A stretch of DNA of 24,507 bases from Minisyncoccota bacterium (GTDB lineage Bacteria; Patescibacteriota; Minisyncoccia; Phycocordibacterales; SBAW01), in contig DATCEW010000084.1 of NCBI GenBank assembly GCA_036509865.1, forward strand, positions 1 to 24,507. Direction: 5' to 3'. Under the pieces are notes generated by a model. That model made no database searches and was not told the origin of the DNA. It saw only the letters and a program-made list of their open reading frames with translations. Positions 13,586-22,507 of this stretch are shown here, piece by piece; the stretch's first letter is position 1, and each line of letters begins with the position of its first letter. The translations under genes and the position numbers were made by a program.

Positions 13586-14350
13586 ATGTCTAAGCACCGC
13601 CTCGTCGTTGCCAACTGGAAGATGTATATCAGCACGCCTGAGGAGGCAAAAAAGTTTGCCTCTGCTTTGCGGCGCAAGGCGCGCGCTTTTGCGGGCGTCG
13701 AGGCGGTGCTCGCTCCCTCTTTTACGCTGCTGCCTCTTGTAGCTGCGGCTCTCAAGGGCTCCTCTATACGCATCAGCGCGCAGAGTGTCTCGGTTTTTGA
13801 GACCGGCGCGCACACCGGCGAGGTTGCGGCAAAGATGGTTAAAAGTTTTGGAGCAACCTACAGCATCATCGGCCACTCGGAGCGCCGGGCGCAGGGCGAG
13901 AGCGATGAGGACGTGCGCGCGCAGCTTGCGCATGCCGCCGCAGCAGGGCTCACGCCCATTTTGTGCATCGGCGAGCGCGAGCGTGACCCGGCCGGCGCGT
14001 ATCTCTCCACTATTGTGGAGCAGTTGAGCTCGGTGTTAAAAGATTTTAAAAAGGGCGGAGTACCAAAGCTGGTTGTTGCCTATGAGCCGCTGTGGGCGAT
14101 AAATAAAAGCGCTGCTGACGCGATGAAGCCGGCCGAGGTGCGCGAGATGAGCATTTTTATTAAAAAAACATTGGCCGAGCATCTTGAGCGCGCGACGGCA
14201 ATGCGCGTGCCTATCCTCTATGGAGGCTCTGTTGAGGCGGGCAATGCTGCCGCGCTTATTGCAGAGGGAGACATAAACGGTTTTTTGGTCGGGCATGCAA
14301 GCGCCACCGTTGACTCGTTTGTAGAAATACTTAAAGCGGTTAAAAATTAA
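13586..14350 (+). CDS. tpiA: Triosephosphate isomerase
   Basis: VANWKM, GAHTGEV, IIGHSERR, VAYEPLWAI, ILYGGSV. Confidence 0.96.
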   Translation: MSKHRLVVANWKMYISTPEEAKKFASALRRKARAFAGVEAVLAPSFTLLPLVAAALKGSSIRISAQSVSVFETGAHTGEVAAKMVKSFGATYSIIGHSERRAQGESDEDVRAQLAHAAAAGLTPILCIGERERDPAGAYLSTIVEQLSSVLKDFKKGGVPKLVVAYEPLWAINKSAADAMKPAEVREMSIFIKKTLAEHLERATAMRVPILYGGSVEAGNAAALIAEGDINGFLVGHASATVDSFVEILKAVKN

Positions 14351-14353
14351 CAG

Positions 14354-15439
14354 ATGCAAATAAAAAGTGTTAAAGATGCGGACGTTGCAGGCAAGCGGGT
14401 ACTTTTATGTGTTGATTTTAATGTGCCTCTCAAAGAGGGCCGTGTTGCAGATGATATGCGCATCCGCGCTGCGCTTCCGACCATATCTTTATTGCGCGAG
14501 CGGGGAGCAAAACAAATAGTGATACTCTCTCACCTTGGCAGACCCGACGGCAAGGTTGTAGAGGGTTTGCGCATGGCCCCGGTGGAGGCGCGCCTCAGAG
14601 AATTTGTACCCAATGCGCCGGATATAGTGGTGCATGAGAACCTGCGTTTTGATCCCCGGGAAGAGGCAAATGACCTTGGATTTGCAAAAGAGTTGGCAAG
14701 CCTCGGCGACCTATTTGTAAACGATGCGTTTTCCGACTCGCATCGCGCGCATGCGTCTATTGTGGGCATTGCGGCGCTGCTCCCGTCGTATGCGGGGCTT
14801 CTTATGGAGGAGGAAATCGCAAAACTCTCCGAGGCGCTTGCTCCCGCGCATCCCTCGCTTGCAATCATTGGCGGCGCTAAGTTTGAAACTAAAATACCGC
14901 TTCTCATTAAACTGGTTTCCATGTACGACCATGTGCTCCTCGGCGGCGCGCTCGCAAGCGACATGCTCAAGGCACGTGGCTCTGCGGTGGGCAGCTCGCT
15001 TGTGTCCGGCGTGCCGGTGCCTACCGTGTTGGCGGGGGATGAGCGCATTGAGATTCCTATCGATTTAACGGTATTAGACAGCGAGAGCAACATGTCGCGC
15101 AACTCGCAAACCAACGATGTACACGCAGCAGAAAAAACAGTTGATATTGGCAGCGCAACCGCAGCGCTCTGGAGCAAAAAAATAAAACAGTCGCAGTTTG
15201 TATTGTGGAACGGCCCCGTGGGCATCTATGAGCAGGACTTTGGCGCAGGTACCGACGCGCTTGCCAAAGCAATTGCGGAGTTTAAGGGCAACGCGGTGAT
15301 TGGCGGCGGCGACACGGACGCAGCGCTAGCAAAAGTTGCCTTTGACGCCTCACAAGTGTTTATCTCCACCGGCGGCGGAGCCATGCTTGAGTTTTTGGAA
15401 AATGGCACCCTGCCGGGCATTGAGGCGCTACGAAGGTAG
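14354..15439 (+). CDS. pgk: Phosphoglycerate kinase
   Basis: DFNVP, SHLGRP, ENLRF, NDAF, HRAHAS, GGAK, WNGP.G.YE, GGGDT, ISTGGGA.LEFL. Confidence 0.97.
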   Translation: MQIKSVKDADVAGKRVLLCVDFNVPLKEGRVADDMRIRAALPTISLLRERGAKQIVILSHLGRPDGKVVEGLRMAPVEARLREFVPNAPDIVVHENLRFDPREEANDLGFAKELASLGDLFVNDAFSDSHRAHASIVGIAALLPSYAGLLMEEEIAKLSEALAPAHPSLAIIGGAKFETKIPLLIKLVSMYDHVLLGGALASDMLKARGSAVGSSLVSGVPVPTVLAGDERIEIPIDLTVLDSESNMSRNSQTNDVHAAEKTVDIGSATAALWSKKIKQSQFVLWNGPVGIYEQDFGAGTDALAKAIAEFKGNAVIGGGDTDAALAKVAFDASQVFISTGGGAMLEFLENGTLPGIEALRR

Positions 15440-15754
15440 TTTGTCGCCCAACTTGCGCGGCATAAGATGCATGTGCGCGTGCGACACATCTTTGCCTACT
15501 ATCGAAAGATGTATATAATCTGCGCCCGTCTCTTCTTTTAACTTGAGACCCAGCATTTGTGCGGCGCTAAACCACTCGTTGGCAATATCTCCTGGTACTT
15601 CATAAAACCATTGATGGTGTGCTTTGGGTATTACTAAAGTATGTCCAGGGGCTACCGGTTTGATATCGGGAAATGCCACCACGAATTCATTTTCATAGGT
15701 AAAGTTTGTAGGGATCTCGCCCCGGATTATTTTGCAAAAAATGCAATCGTCCAT
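15428..15754 (-). CDS. HIT (histidine triad) family hydrolase
   Basis: DCIFCKI, DI.P...GH.LVIPK.H, and the triad HAHMHL. Confidence 0.93.
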   Translation of the reverse strand: MDDCIFCKIIRGEIPTNFTYENEFVVAFPDIKPVAPGHTLVIPKAHHQWFYEVPGDIANEWFSAAQMLGLKLKEETGADYIHLSIVGKDVSHAHMHLMPRKLGDKLPS

Positions 15755-15777
15755 ATTTCCATTATACTAGAGTCGCG

Positions 15778-17451
15778 ATGTCCCGCTACAAACAGAGAGT
15801 GCAGGTGCACGATGACCTTTTGCAGGATCTATTGCACGCGCGCGGCGTGCTGCCGGCAGACGCGCCGGGCTTTTTAGAGCCCGAGTTTGAGCGCGACTCG
15901 CATGACCCTTTTTTATTGCCGGACATGGCAAAAGCGGTAGAGCGGATTTTGCTCGCCGTAAAACATAACGAAACGGTTGCGGTGTGGAGCGACTACGATT
16001 GCGACGGCATACCCGGCGGCGTGATGCTTGCCGACTTTTTGCGCGAGCTCGGCCTCTCGGTTGTGCATTACATCCCGCATCGGCACAAAGAGGGATATGG
16101 GTTAAACCAAGAAGGCCTCGACGAACTCGCGAGGCAAGGCATCACGCTTGTCATCACTATCGACTTGGGTACCACCGAGCATGAGCATATTGTGTATGCA
16201 AAAACAAAAGGCATTGAGATCATTGTGACCGATCATCATATTGTGCAAAATGCGGAATTGCATCCCGCCCTTGCTTTAATTAATCCAAAACGGCCTGACT
16301 CAAACTATCCGTTTGACGGATTGTGTGGCGCGGGCGTTGCGTGGAAGCTGGTGCAGGCATTGATACTGAAATCAAGAAGTAATGGGCAATCCTTCGACTA
16401 CGCAGAGGGTAAAGAAAAGTGGTATTTGGATTTAGTCGGCATGGCGACGCTCTCCGACATGGTGCCCTTGGTGGGGGAAAATAGGATGCTCGCGCGCTAT
16501 GGCTTGCTCGTGATGCGCAAAAACCGCCGCCCGGGGCTTGCGGCGCTTTTAAAAATGCTCCGCATTAAACCCGGCGCGCTTGTCGAAGATGATATCGGTT
16601 TTATGATCGCGCCGCGCATCAACGCGGCCTCGCGCATGGACTCGCCGAGCGTTGCGGCGCGACTGCTTGCAACGCATGACGAGCACGAGGCAGAGGAGCT
16701 TGCCCGCACGCTTAATAAAATAAATGACGAGCGCAAAGGTCTGGTTGCCGCAACGGTTAAAGAAGCAAATCGACGCATGGAGGGTGGCGCTATGCTTGAG
16801 TCCCCAGTGCTCGTGATGGGCAGCCCCAACTGGCGGCCGGGCATCTTGGGGCTCGTTGCCAACTCGCTCGCCACGGCGCACCATAAGCCCGTGTTTTTGT
16901 GGGGGAGAGAGGGCGGAGAGTTGCTGCGGGGCTCGTGCCGCTCCGAGGGCACGGTAAGCGTCGTCTCGCTCATGCAAAACGCGGGAGATATTTTGGACCA
17001 CTTTGGCGGACACTTTGCTTCGGGCGGATTTTCAATAATCGAAGATCGCGCGCATGAGCTGCATGCAAACTTGGTAAGCGCGTATCAAAAAATCCGCGCC
17101 GAGGAAGTTGAAGAAAAAGAAATCATAATCGACCGGCAGATTGCCGTAGCCGACATCTCGCGGGCGCGCATGGCGCTTGCAAAGCTGGGCCCTTTTGGCG
17201 AAGGCAATAAAAAGCCTTTTTTTATAACAAAATCGGTGGTTGTTGCGCGCGTCAAAAGCTTCGGCAAAACGGCAAATCATCTTGACTTGGAGCTTGAGGG
17301 GCAGGGCGAGCGGATTTCCGGAATCGCTTTTTTTGCAACCGCATCATCATTTTCAAAACCGATCGAGGCGGGGATGCAAGCCGATATTGTTGGACATATA
17401 GAAACAGACTGGCGCGGCAAACCCCGCATCCGTATTATTGATATTATTTGA
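15778..17451 (+). CDS. recJ: Single-stranded-DNA exonuclease RecJ
   Basis: DYDCDG, PHRHKEGYGL, TDHH, L.GAGVAWK, APRINAASR, GS.RS, FGGH..SGG. Confidence 0.96.
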   Translation: MSRYKQRVQVHDDLLQDLLHARGVLPADAPGFLEPEFERDSHDPFLLPDMAKAVERILLAVKHNETVAVWSDYDCDGIPGGVMLADFLRELGLSVVHYIPHRHKEGYGLNQEGLDELARQGITLVITIDLGTTEHEHIVYAKTKGIEIIVTDHHIVQNAELHPALALINPKRPDSNYPFDGLCGAGVAWKLVQALILKSRSNGQSFDYAEGKEKWYLDLVGMATLSDMVPLVGENRMLARYGLLVMRKNRRPGLAALLKMLRIKPGALVEDDIGFMIAPRINAASRMDSPSVAARLLATHDEHEAEELARTLNKINDERKGLVAATVKEANRRMEGGAMLESPVLVMGSPNWRPGILGLVANSLATAHHKPVFLWGREGGELLRGSCRSEGTVSVVSLMQNAGDILDHFGGHFASGGFSIIEDRAHELHANLVSAYQKIRAEEVEEKEIIIDRQIAVADISRARMALAKLGPFGEGNKKPFFITKSVVVARVKSFGKTANHLDLELEGQGERISGIAFFATASSFSKPIEAGMQADIVGHIETDWRGKPRIRIIDII

Positions 17452-17486
17452 GTTTACTCAAATAAATAAAGAAGCGTAATTAAAAA

Positions 17487-18206
17487 ATGAATAAACTCGA
17501 TATACTAATTTTTTGCGACGGGGCTTCCAAGGGCAACCCCGGGCCGGGCGGCTGGGGGGCTTTGGTTGCTACGGCCGCGCATATAAAGGAGCTTGGTGCG
17601 CGCGCAGAGCACACAACCAACAATAAAATGGAGCTCACCGCAGCGCTTGAAGCGCTTACATATGCACACCAATTTTCTGCTCAAGCTATCACGGTGCACG
17701 CCGACTCCTCGTACGTTATCAATGGCATTACCAAATGGGTAGCGGGATGGAAGCGCAACGGGTGGCAGACGAAAGAAAAAAAAGAGGTGCTCAATAAAGA
17801 GTTGTGGGTCGCGCTTGATGTGGCCGTGCAAAAAATAAATGCTCCCATAACGTGGAAGTATGTAGGCGGCCACGTGGGTATTGCCGGCAACGAGCGGGTT
17901 GATGCTATTGCCTCCGATTTTGCCGAGGGCAAAAAACCGGATTTGTATAAAGGGCCGCGCGCCGGCTATGCGTTAGATATCACTAACTTGGGTCATGATG
18001 TGACGTTGCATAAAGATAAATCGGCCTCGCGAGTGCGCTCCAAAGCAAAAGCGTACTCCTATGTAAGCAAGGTGGATGGAAAAATTATCGTGCACAAAAC
18101 GTGGAGCGAGTGCGAGGAGCGCGTGCGCGGCAAAACGGCACGGTATAAAAAATCACTTTCCGCCGAAGACGAAGCAAACTTAATTAAAGAATTTTCTGCA
18201 AAGTAA
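17487..18206 (+). CDS. rnhA: Ribonuclease HI with C-terminal hybrid-binding (viroplasmin-like) domain
   Basis: DGASKGNPGPGGWG, TTNNKMEL.A, DSSYV..GI..W...WK..GW, N..LW, GH.GI.GNERVD.IA; C-terminal TWSECEERV.G..ARYKK. Confidence 0.93.
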   Translation: MNKLDILIFCDGASKGNPGPGGWGALVATAAHIKELGARAEHTTNNKMELTAALEALTYAHQFSAQAITVHADSSYVINGITKWVAGWKRNGWQTKEKKEVLNKELWVALDVAVQKINAPITWKYVGGHVGIAGNERVDAIASDFAEGKKPDLYKGPRAGYALDITNLGHDVTLHKDKSASRVRSKAKAYSYVSKVDGKIIVHKTWSECEERVRGKTARYKKSLSAEDEANLIKEFSAK

Positions 18207-18230
18207 CGCGGTGTAGTATGATGGGCTGAT

Positions 18231-18935
18231 ATGGCAAGACATCGCGAGCCGCATGGGGGTGGGCCGGGCTCTACGTTAAATTGGCTGCGGGCAGCCGTGC
18301 TCGGGGCCAACGATGGCGTCGTGTCGGTGGCCTCTATTGTGGTGGGTGTTGCCGGCGCTACCAACTCGCCGGGTTTTATCCTTACCGCCGGTGTTGCAGG
18401 CTTAACCGCAGGAGCGCTCTCGATGGCGGTTGGCGAGTATGTGTCGGTGAGCACCCAGCGCGATACCGAAAAAGCTTTGCTTGCAAAAGAGCGCTACGAG
18501 CTTGACCATATGCCGGAGGAGGAGCTCGAGGAGCTTGCGTCGCTCTATGAGGCAAAAGGGCTCTCGAGCGCAACTGCGCGCACGGTGGCCAAGGAGCTTA
18601 CCGCTCACGACGTGTTTGCAGCGCACGTGGAGGCCGAGTTGCACATTGACCCAAATGATCTTACCAACCCGTGGCACGCGGCGTTTGCATCGGCGGCCTC
18701 GTTTGTATCCGGCGGCATCATACCGCTCATTGTAGTGGTACTCTCTCCCGCCGCTTGGCACCTGCCCATGACCTTTGCCGCGGCGATTGTCGCGCTCATT
18801 ATTACCGGCTGGCTGAGCGCCTATGCAGGCGGTGCCAACAAAACAAGAGCGGTGTTGCGCAATGTTGAGGGCGGGGTCGTTGCGATGGCAATAACCTACG
18901 GCATCGGCAGGCTCTTTGGCGTTATCGGGATATAA
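18231..18935 (+). CDS. VIT1/CCC1 family Fe/Mn transporter
   Basis: LRAAVLGANDGVVS, AGALSMAVGEYVSVSTQRD, H..AELHID, NPWHAA.ASA.SF. Confidence 0.95.
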   Translation: MARHREPHGGGPGSTLNWLRAAVLGANDGVVSVASIVVGVAGATNSPGFILTAGVAGLTAGALSMAVGEYVSVSTQRDTEKALLAKERYELDHMPEEELEELASLYEAKGLSSATARTVAKELTAHDVFAAHVEAELHIDPNDLTNPWHAAFASAASFVSGGIIPLIVVVLSPAAWHLPMTFAAAIVALIITGWLSAYAGGANKTRAVLRNVEGGVVAMAITYGIGRLFGVIGI

Positions 18936-18971
18936 GGTAGACAAAGGCTTTAACTTTGGTACAACTCTCCC

Positions 18972-20468
18972 GTGGATTATTTACGTGCTTCGGGGGCTTT
19001 TTTGTATACGCTCTGCTTTGGTTTGGCCGCGGGTGTTGCTTTGGGGCTTATTTTTACTGTTACCACTACTTTTTTATTGCTCGGAGTATGCGGTGCGCTT
19101 GCGTTAATCGCTTTAGGAGCGTTGTTGCACAATAAAAAAGTTTTTCTCGTTGCGATTGCGCTTTTGGCGCTGGTGCTCGGCGGCGTGCGTGCAGAGTTTT
19201 TTATTGCTAAAGAGTCGCAAGCCAATATCTCGGCCTTTTTAGGCAAAGCAGATATTGCGGGCACCGTGGCAAGCGACCCGCAAGTGAGCGGTGCGCATCT
19301 ACAGGCCGATGTTGCAGTGGTGTCGGTAAACGGCACGCCCGCGCAGGGCACCTTGCTCGCGTTTTTGCCGCCGGAAACCGGTTTGTCTTACGGACAAACC
19401 GTTACACTGCGCGGCACGCTTGCGGTGCCCGCATCATTTGTGGGAGACAACGGAAATATATTTGACTATCCCGGCTACTTGCGCGTGCAAGGAGTCTCGA
19501 TGCTGCTCATGCAAGCTCAGCTCGAGTCTGCAAAACCGGCCGGCCCGTCGCTCTTTGGAGTTTTATTTTTTATCAAACATGCGTTTGACGCGTCGCTCGA
19601 GCGCGTACTGCCCGAGCCCGACGCCTCGCTCCTTGAGGGGATACTGCTCGGGCAGCGCCACGGCTTGCCAAAGGATTTAACGCAAGCGTTTGTGGTGGCC
19701 GGGCTCATACACATTGTCATCCTCTCGGGCTACAGCATGTCGGTGGTATCCGAAGGCATGTTGCGCTCGCTGGGTTTTTTGCCGAAGCGGATACAAATGA
19801 TTTGCGCGGCACTCTGTATGATTTTGTTTGTACTGATGACCGGCGCGGCCGCCACGACGGTGCGCGCGTGTTCCATGGCGCTGGTAGCTTTGGTGGCGCG
19901 CTACTTTCATCGCACCACGATTGCTTTGCGGAGCTTGGCCGCCATCGCGGCTTGCATGGTGCTCTCTAACCCGCCGCTTATCTTAGGCGACGCCTCTTTT
20001 TTTGTGAGCGTATTGGCTACCTTTGGGCTCATTGTGTTTGCTCCTGCGATAGAAAAAATGCTGTGGCGCGTGCCCAAGCGTTTTGAGATGCGCGCCATTA
20101 TCACTTCGACCATTGCGGTGCAAATCTTTGCTTTGCCGGCGCTGCTTTACTTTACCGGCAACATATCCTTTTTTTCCGTCCCGGCAAATGTGCTCGTGCT
20201 GCCGCTGTTGCCTCTGGTCATGCTGGCCGGCCTTGCAAGTGGACTCTTAGGTTTTGTAAGCACGGCGCTTGCCTTGGTGCCGGCTGTTATTACCGACCTT
20301 ATGCTGCAATGGATACTGCTGGTGGCGCACACCACGGAGGCGCTGCCGCTTGCCTCTGCCACGCTCGTGGCGTTCCCGCTGTGGCTTGCCATCGCCATAT
20401 ATATCCCGCTTACCTTTTTAGCTATTTATTTGCTGCGGCAAACCGCTCCTCGCACACGCTCCAGTTGA
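18972..20468 (+). CDS. comEC: ComEC/Rec2 competence channel (OB/DUF4131 plus Competence domain; no MBL domain)
   Basis: GTG start; N..FDY..YL, GILLG, F..AGL.HI..LSGY, VRA..M, SFF.S..ATFGL, AN.L.LP. Confidence 0.9.
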   Translation: MDYLRASGAFLYTLCFGLAAGVALGLIFTVTTTFLLLGVCGALALIALGALLHNKKVFLVAIALLALVLGGVRAEFFIAKESQANISAFLGKADIAGTVASDPQVSGAHLQADVAVVSVNGTPAQGTLLAFLPPETGLSYGQTVTLRGTLAVPASFVGDNGNIFDYPGYLRVQGVSMLLMQAQLESAKPAGPSLFGVLFFIKHAFDASLERVLPEPDASLLEGILLGQRHGLPKDLTQAFVVAGLIHIVILSGYSMSVVSEGMLRSLGFLPKRIQMICAALCMILFVLMTGAAATTVRACSMALVALVARYFHRTTIALRSLAAIAACMVLSNPPLILGDASFFVSVLATFGLIVFAPAIEKMLWRVPKRFEMRAIITSTIAVQIFALPALLYFTGNISFFSVPANVLVLPLLPLVMLAGLASGLLGFVSTALALVPAVITDLMLQWILLVAHTTEALPLASATLVAFPLWLAIAIYIPLTFLAIYLLRQTAPRTRSS

Positions 20469-21015
20469 GATTTTTGAAAAATGCTTCTATATATTTGCCT
20501 TTGCCCGCGGCGCCATGGTCGAGGATGTACGCATGCTCCCACACATCGAGCGCCAAAATAATCGGGAGCGTCGCAAAATGCCCCTGATGCTGCTCGCCGA
20601 CAAACCCCATATGAAATGCTTGCGTCTCGGGATTGTAATAGAGGATAGACCAGCCCGGTCCGCGCATCATGCCGGTTTGTTGTACGCGTTGCACTGCCGC
20701 ATCAGTGCTGCCCCAATGTTTGGTAAGTGCTTGTGCAAGTGCTGAACTTTCGTCCAGCGCTCGGGCCCCGCTCTCAAATTGCGGGAAGTACTGCTCGTGC
20801 AAAATCATCCCGTCAAACTCAAAAGAGTGTCTGCGGCGCAACTCGGCTATGGCAAGCGCATTTTTTTCCGGGTCAGCCAGGAGGCTCTCTATCGCTGTGC
20901 TTATCGCATTAAAGTTTTTTACATATCCGGCATAGAGCCCGAGGTGCTCCTCGAGAGACTTGGCGGAGATGTCTTGTAATAGCGGCATAGTAAACTTTTT
21001 TTCTTGGTAGTCCAT
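20422..21015 (-). CDS. sod: Fe/Mn superoxide dismutase family protein
   Basis: EHLGLY..YV.N.N, LHEQYF, G.GW..L, LDVWEHAY. Start reassigned to ATG 21015 (MDYQEKK), 8 nt after TGcTATACT. Confidence 0.92.
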   Translation of the reverse strand: MDYQEKKFTMPLLQDISAKSLEEHLGLYAGYVKNFNAISTAIESLLADPEKNALAIAELRRRHSFEFDGMILHEQYFPQFESGARALDESSALAQALTKHWGSTDAAVQRVQQTGMMRGPGWSILYYNPETQAFHMGFVGEQHQGHFATLPIILALDVWEHAYILDHGAAGKGKYIEAFFKNLNWSVCEERFAAANK

Positions 21016-21087
21016 ATGCACACAGTATAGCAAATCACCATTTTTATTCTTATGATTTTTAGGCTTGTCCTTTATCCACAAAAACAC

Positions 21088-21116
21088 TTGACAAAATGCT
21101 TGCAAATTGCTATCGT
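21088..21116 (+). promoter_or_regulatory. sigma70 promoter for the 112-aa ORF
   Basis: TTGACA (21088-21093), N17, TATCGT with an extended TG. Confidence 0.6.
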
Positions 21117-21165
21117 CTTGGCAGATGCAAGTCCATGGTGGGCTTTGAAACCGGAGGGGTTTGAA

Positions 21166-21504
21166 ATGCGCGAATCGACTGCAAGTTTCCTGCGCCTTTG
21201 GGGCGTAGCTACTTTCTTTGTTATCTGCGGAGTTGCCGTTGGCATTCACAAGATGTCAGACGAGCAAGTTTTAGCTGTATGGGGGATGGGGAATAGTATC
21301 ATTCCACTTCCTGCGCCTACGCTCAAGCAACAAGCTGAGACGGTTGCACTCAGCCATGTGTCGCCAAAGGCACTCGTGCGGGTGCAAGAACTTGATGGCA
21401 GCATCAAATTCGTTCCGGTCGCCGAGGAAAAAGCCGAGGCTAAAGCGGCAGAATATCGCCTTCACGGACTCTGGGCGCAGGTCCAGTACAAAGAAGAAAA
21501 GTAG
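21166..21504 (+). CDS. Hypothetical membrane-anchored protein (112 aa)
   Basis: GGAGGGG SD 6 nt upstream of ATG 21166; N-terminal hydrophobic segment; own promoter and terminator. Confidence 0.7.
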   Translation: MRESTASFLRLWGVATFFVICGVAVGIHKMSDEQVLAVWGMGNSIIPLPAPTLKQQAETVALSHVSPKALVRVQELDGSIKFVPVAEEKAEAKAAEYRLHGLWAQVQYKEEK

Positions 21505-21533
21505 GAGATCATTTTGAATACAGCGTGCGATTT

Positions 21534-21579
21534 GGGCGCGGAGACTTATCACAAGTCGACCGCGCCCTTTTCCTTTTCT
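21534..21579 (+). terminator. Intrinsic terminator
   Basis: GGGCGCGG (21534-21541)/CCGCGCCC (21560-21567), inner GACTT/AAGTC, then TTTCCTTTT. Confidence 0.75.
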
Positions 21580-21598
21580 TCTTGTATACTGCGCGCGC

Positions 21599-22483
21599 AT
21601 GGAGTTTGTAAAAAAACTGACCAAACGGCAAGTTGAGTGGGGTATAATTGCCGCTCTATTTTTGGCGGGTGTTGGCATTTGGGCCGACGTGCGGGCGCAA
21701 ACGCCGCCCGGCGTACTTACGTTTGCGGTGCTCAACGTCGGCCAAGGCGACTCTCTATATATAGAGGGCCCGACAGGGGAGCAAGTGCTCATAGACGGCG
21801 GCCCTGACGACTCCGTGCTTACCGAGCTGCCAAAAGTTATGCCGCTGTGGAGCCGCTCGCTCGATGCCGTGATAGAGACGCATCCCGATGCCGACCACAT
21901 CAGCGGGTTTATCGACCTGCTCAAACGCTACCGCGTGGGCGCGTTTATCGAGCCCGGCATACAAAAAGATACGACAACCGCCGAGGAGCTTGAGCAGGAA
22001 ATCACGCAGGAAAAAATACCGCGAGTCGTGGCGCGCCGCGACATGTGGTTGGACCTCGGCGGGGGAGCCACGCTCAACATCCTCTTTCCCGATTACGATG
22101 TCTCTCATATCAATCAAAGCAAAGACAACGACGGCGGCATTGTGGCGCGTGTGGTGTACGGCGACACGTCGGTGCTCCTGAGTGCAGACGTATCCAGTGC
22201 AGTGGAGGAGCATCTACTACAAATCAGCGATCCTGCCGATTTGGAAAGTACGATTTTAAAAGTGGGGCATCACGGCTCTAAAACATCGAGCAGCGATGCG
22301 TTTGTCGCCGAGGTCGCGCCACACATCGCGGTTATCTCGGACGGCAAAAATAACACCTACGGCTTCCCAGCATCACAAACGCTGGACACGCTCGCGCGCC
22401 ACACTATAGAGGTGCTCCGCACCGACCAAGACGGCACGCTGGTGTTTACTTCAAACAGACAAATGTTTATTCGTGTGCGCTAA
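21599..22483 (+). CDS. ComEC-type metallo-beta-lactamase-fold nuclease domain protein
   Basis: LNVGQGDS, VLIDGG, THPDADH.SG, LL.AD, LKVGHHGS.TSS, IS.GKNN.YG.P...L, RTDQDG; N-terminal TM. Confidence 0.92.
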   Translation: MEFVKKLTKRQVEWGIIAALFLAGVGIWADVRAQTPPGVLTFAVLNVGQGDSLYIEGPTGEQVLIDGGPDDSVLTELPKVMPLWSRSLDAVIETHPDADHISGFIDLLKRYRVGAFIEPGIQKDTTTAEELEQEITQEKIPRVVARRDMWLDLGGGATLNILFPDYDVSHINQSKDNDGGIVARVVYGDTSVLLSADVSSAVEEHLLQISDPADLESTILKVGHHGSKTSSSDAFVAEVAPHIAVISDGKNNTYGFPASQTLDTLARHTIEVLRTDQDGTLVFTSNRQMFIRVR

Positions 22484-22507
22484 CTAGGAGGCGAGGCCTC
22501 CTAGTTA
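22481..22507. terminator. Perfect 12-bp hairpin between convergent genes
   Basis: TAACTAGGAGGC-GAG-GCCTCCTAGTTA; the outer TAA/TTA are the two stop codons. Confidence 0.65.

Noticed and set aside
21016-21249. 78-aa N-terminal extension of SOD
   Set aside because: It runs through promoters and the opposite-strand gene; the natural start is 21015.
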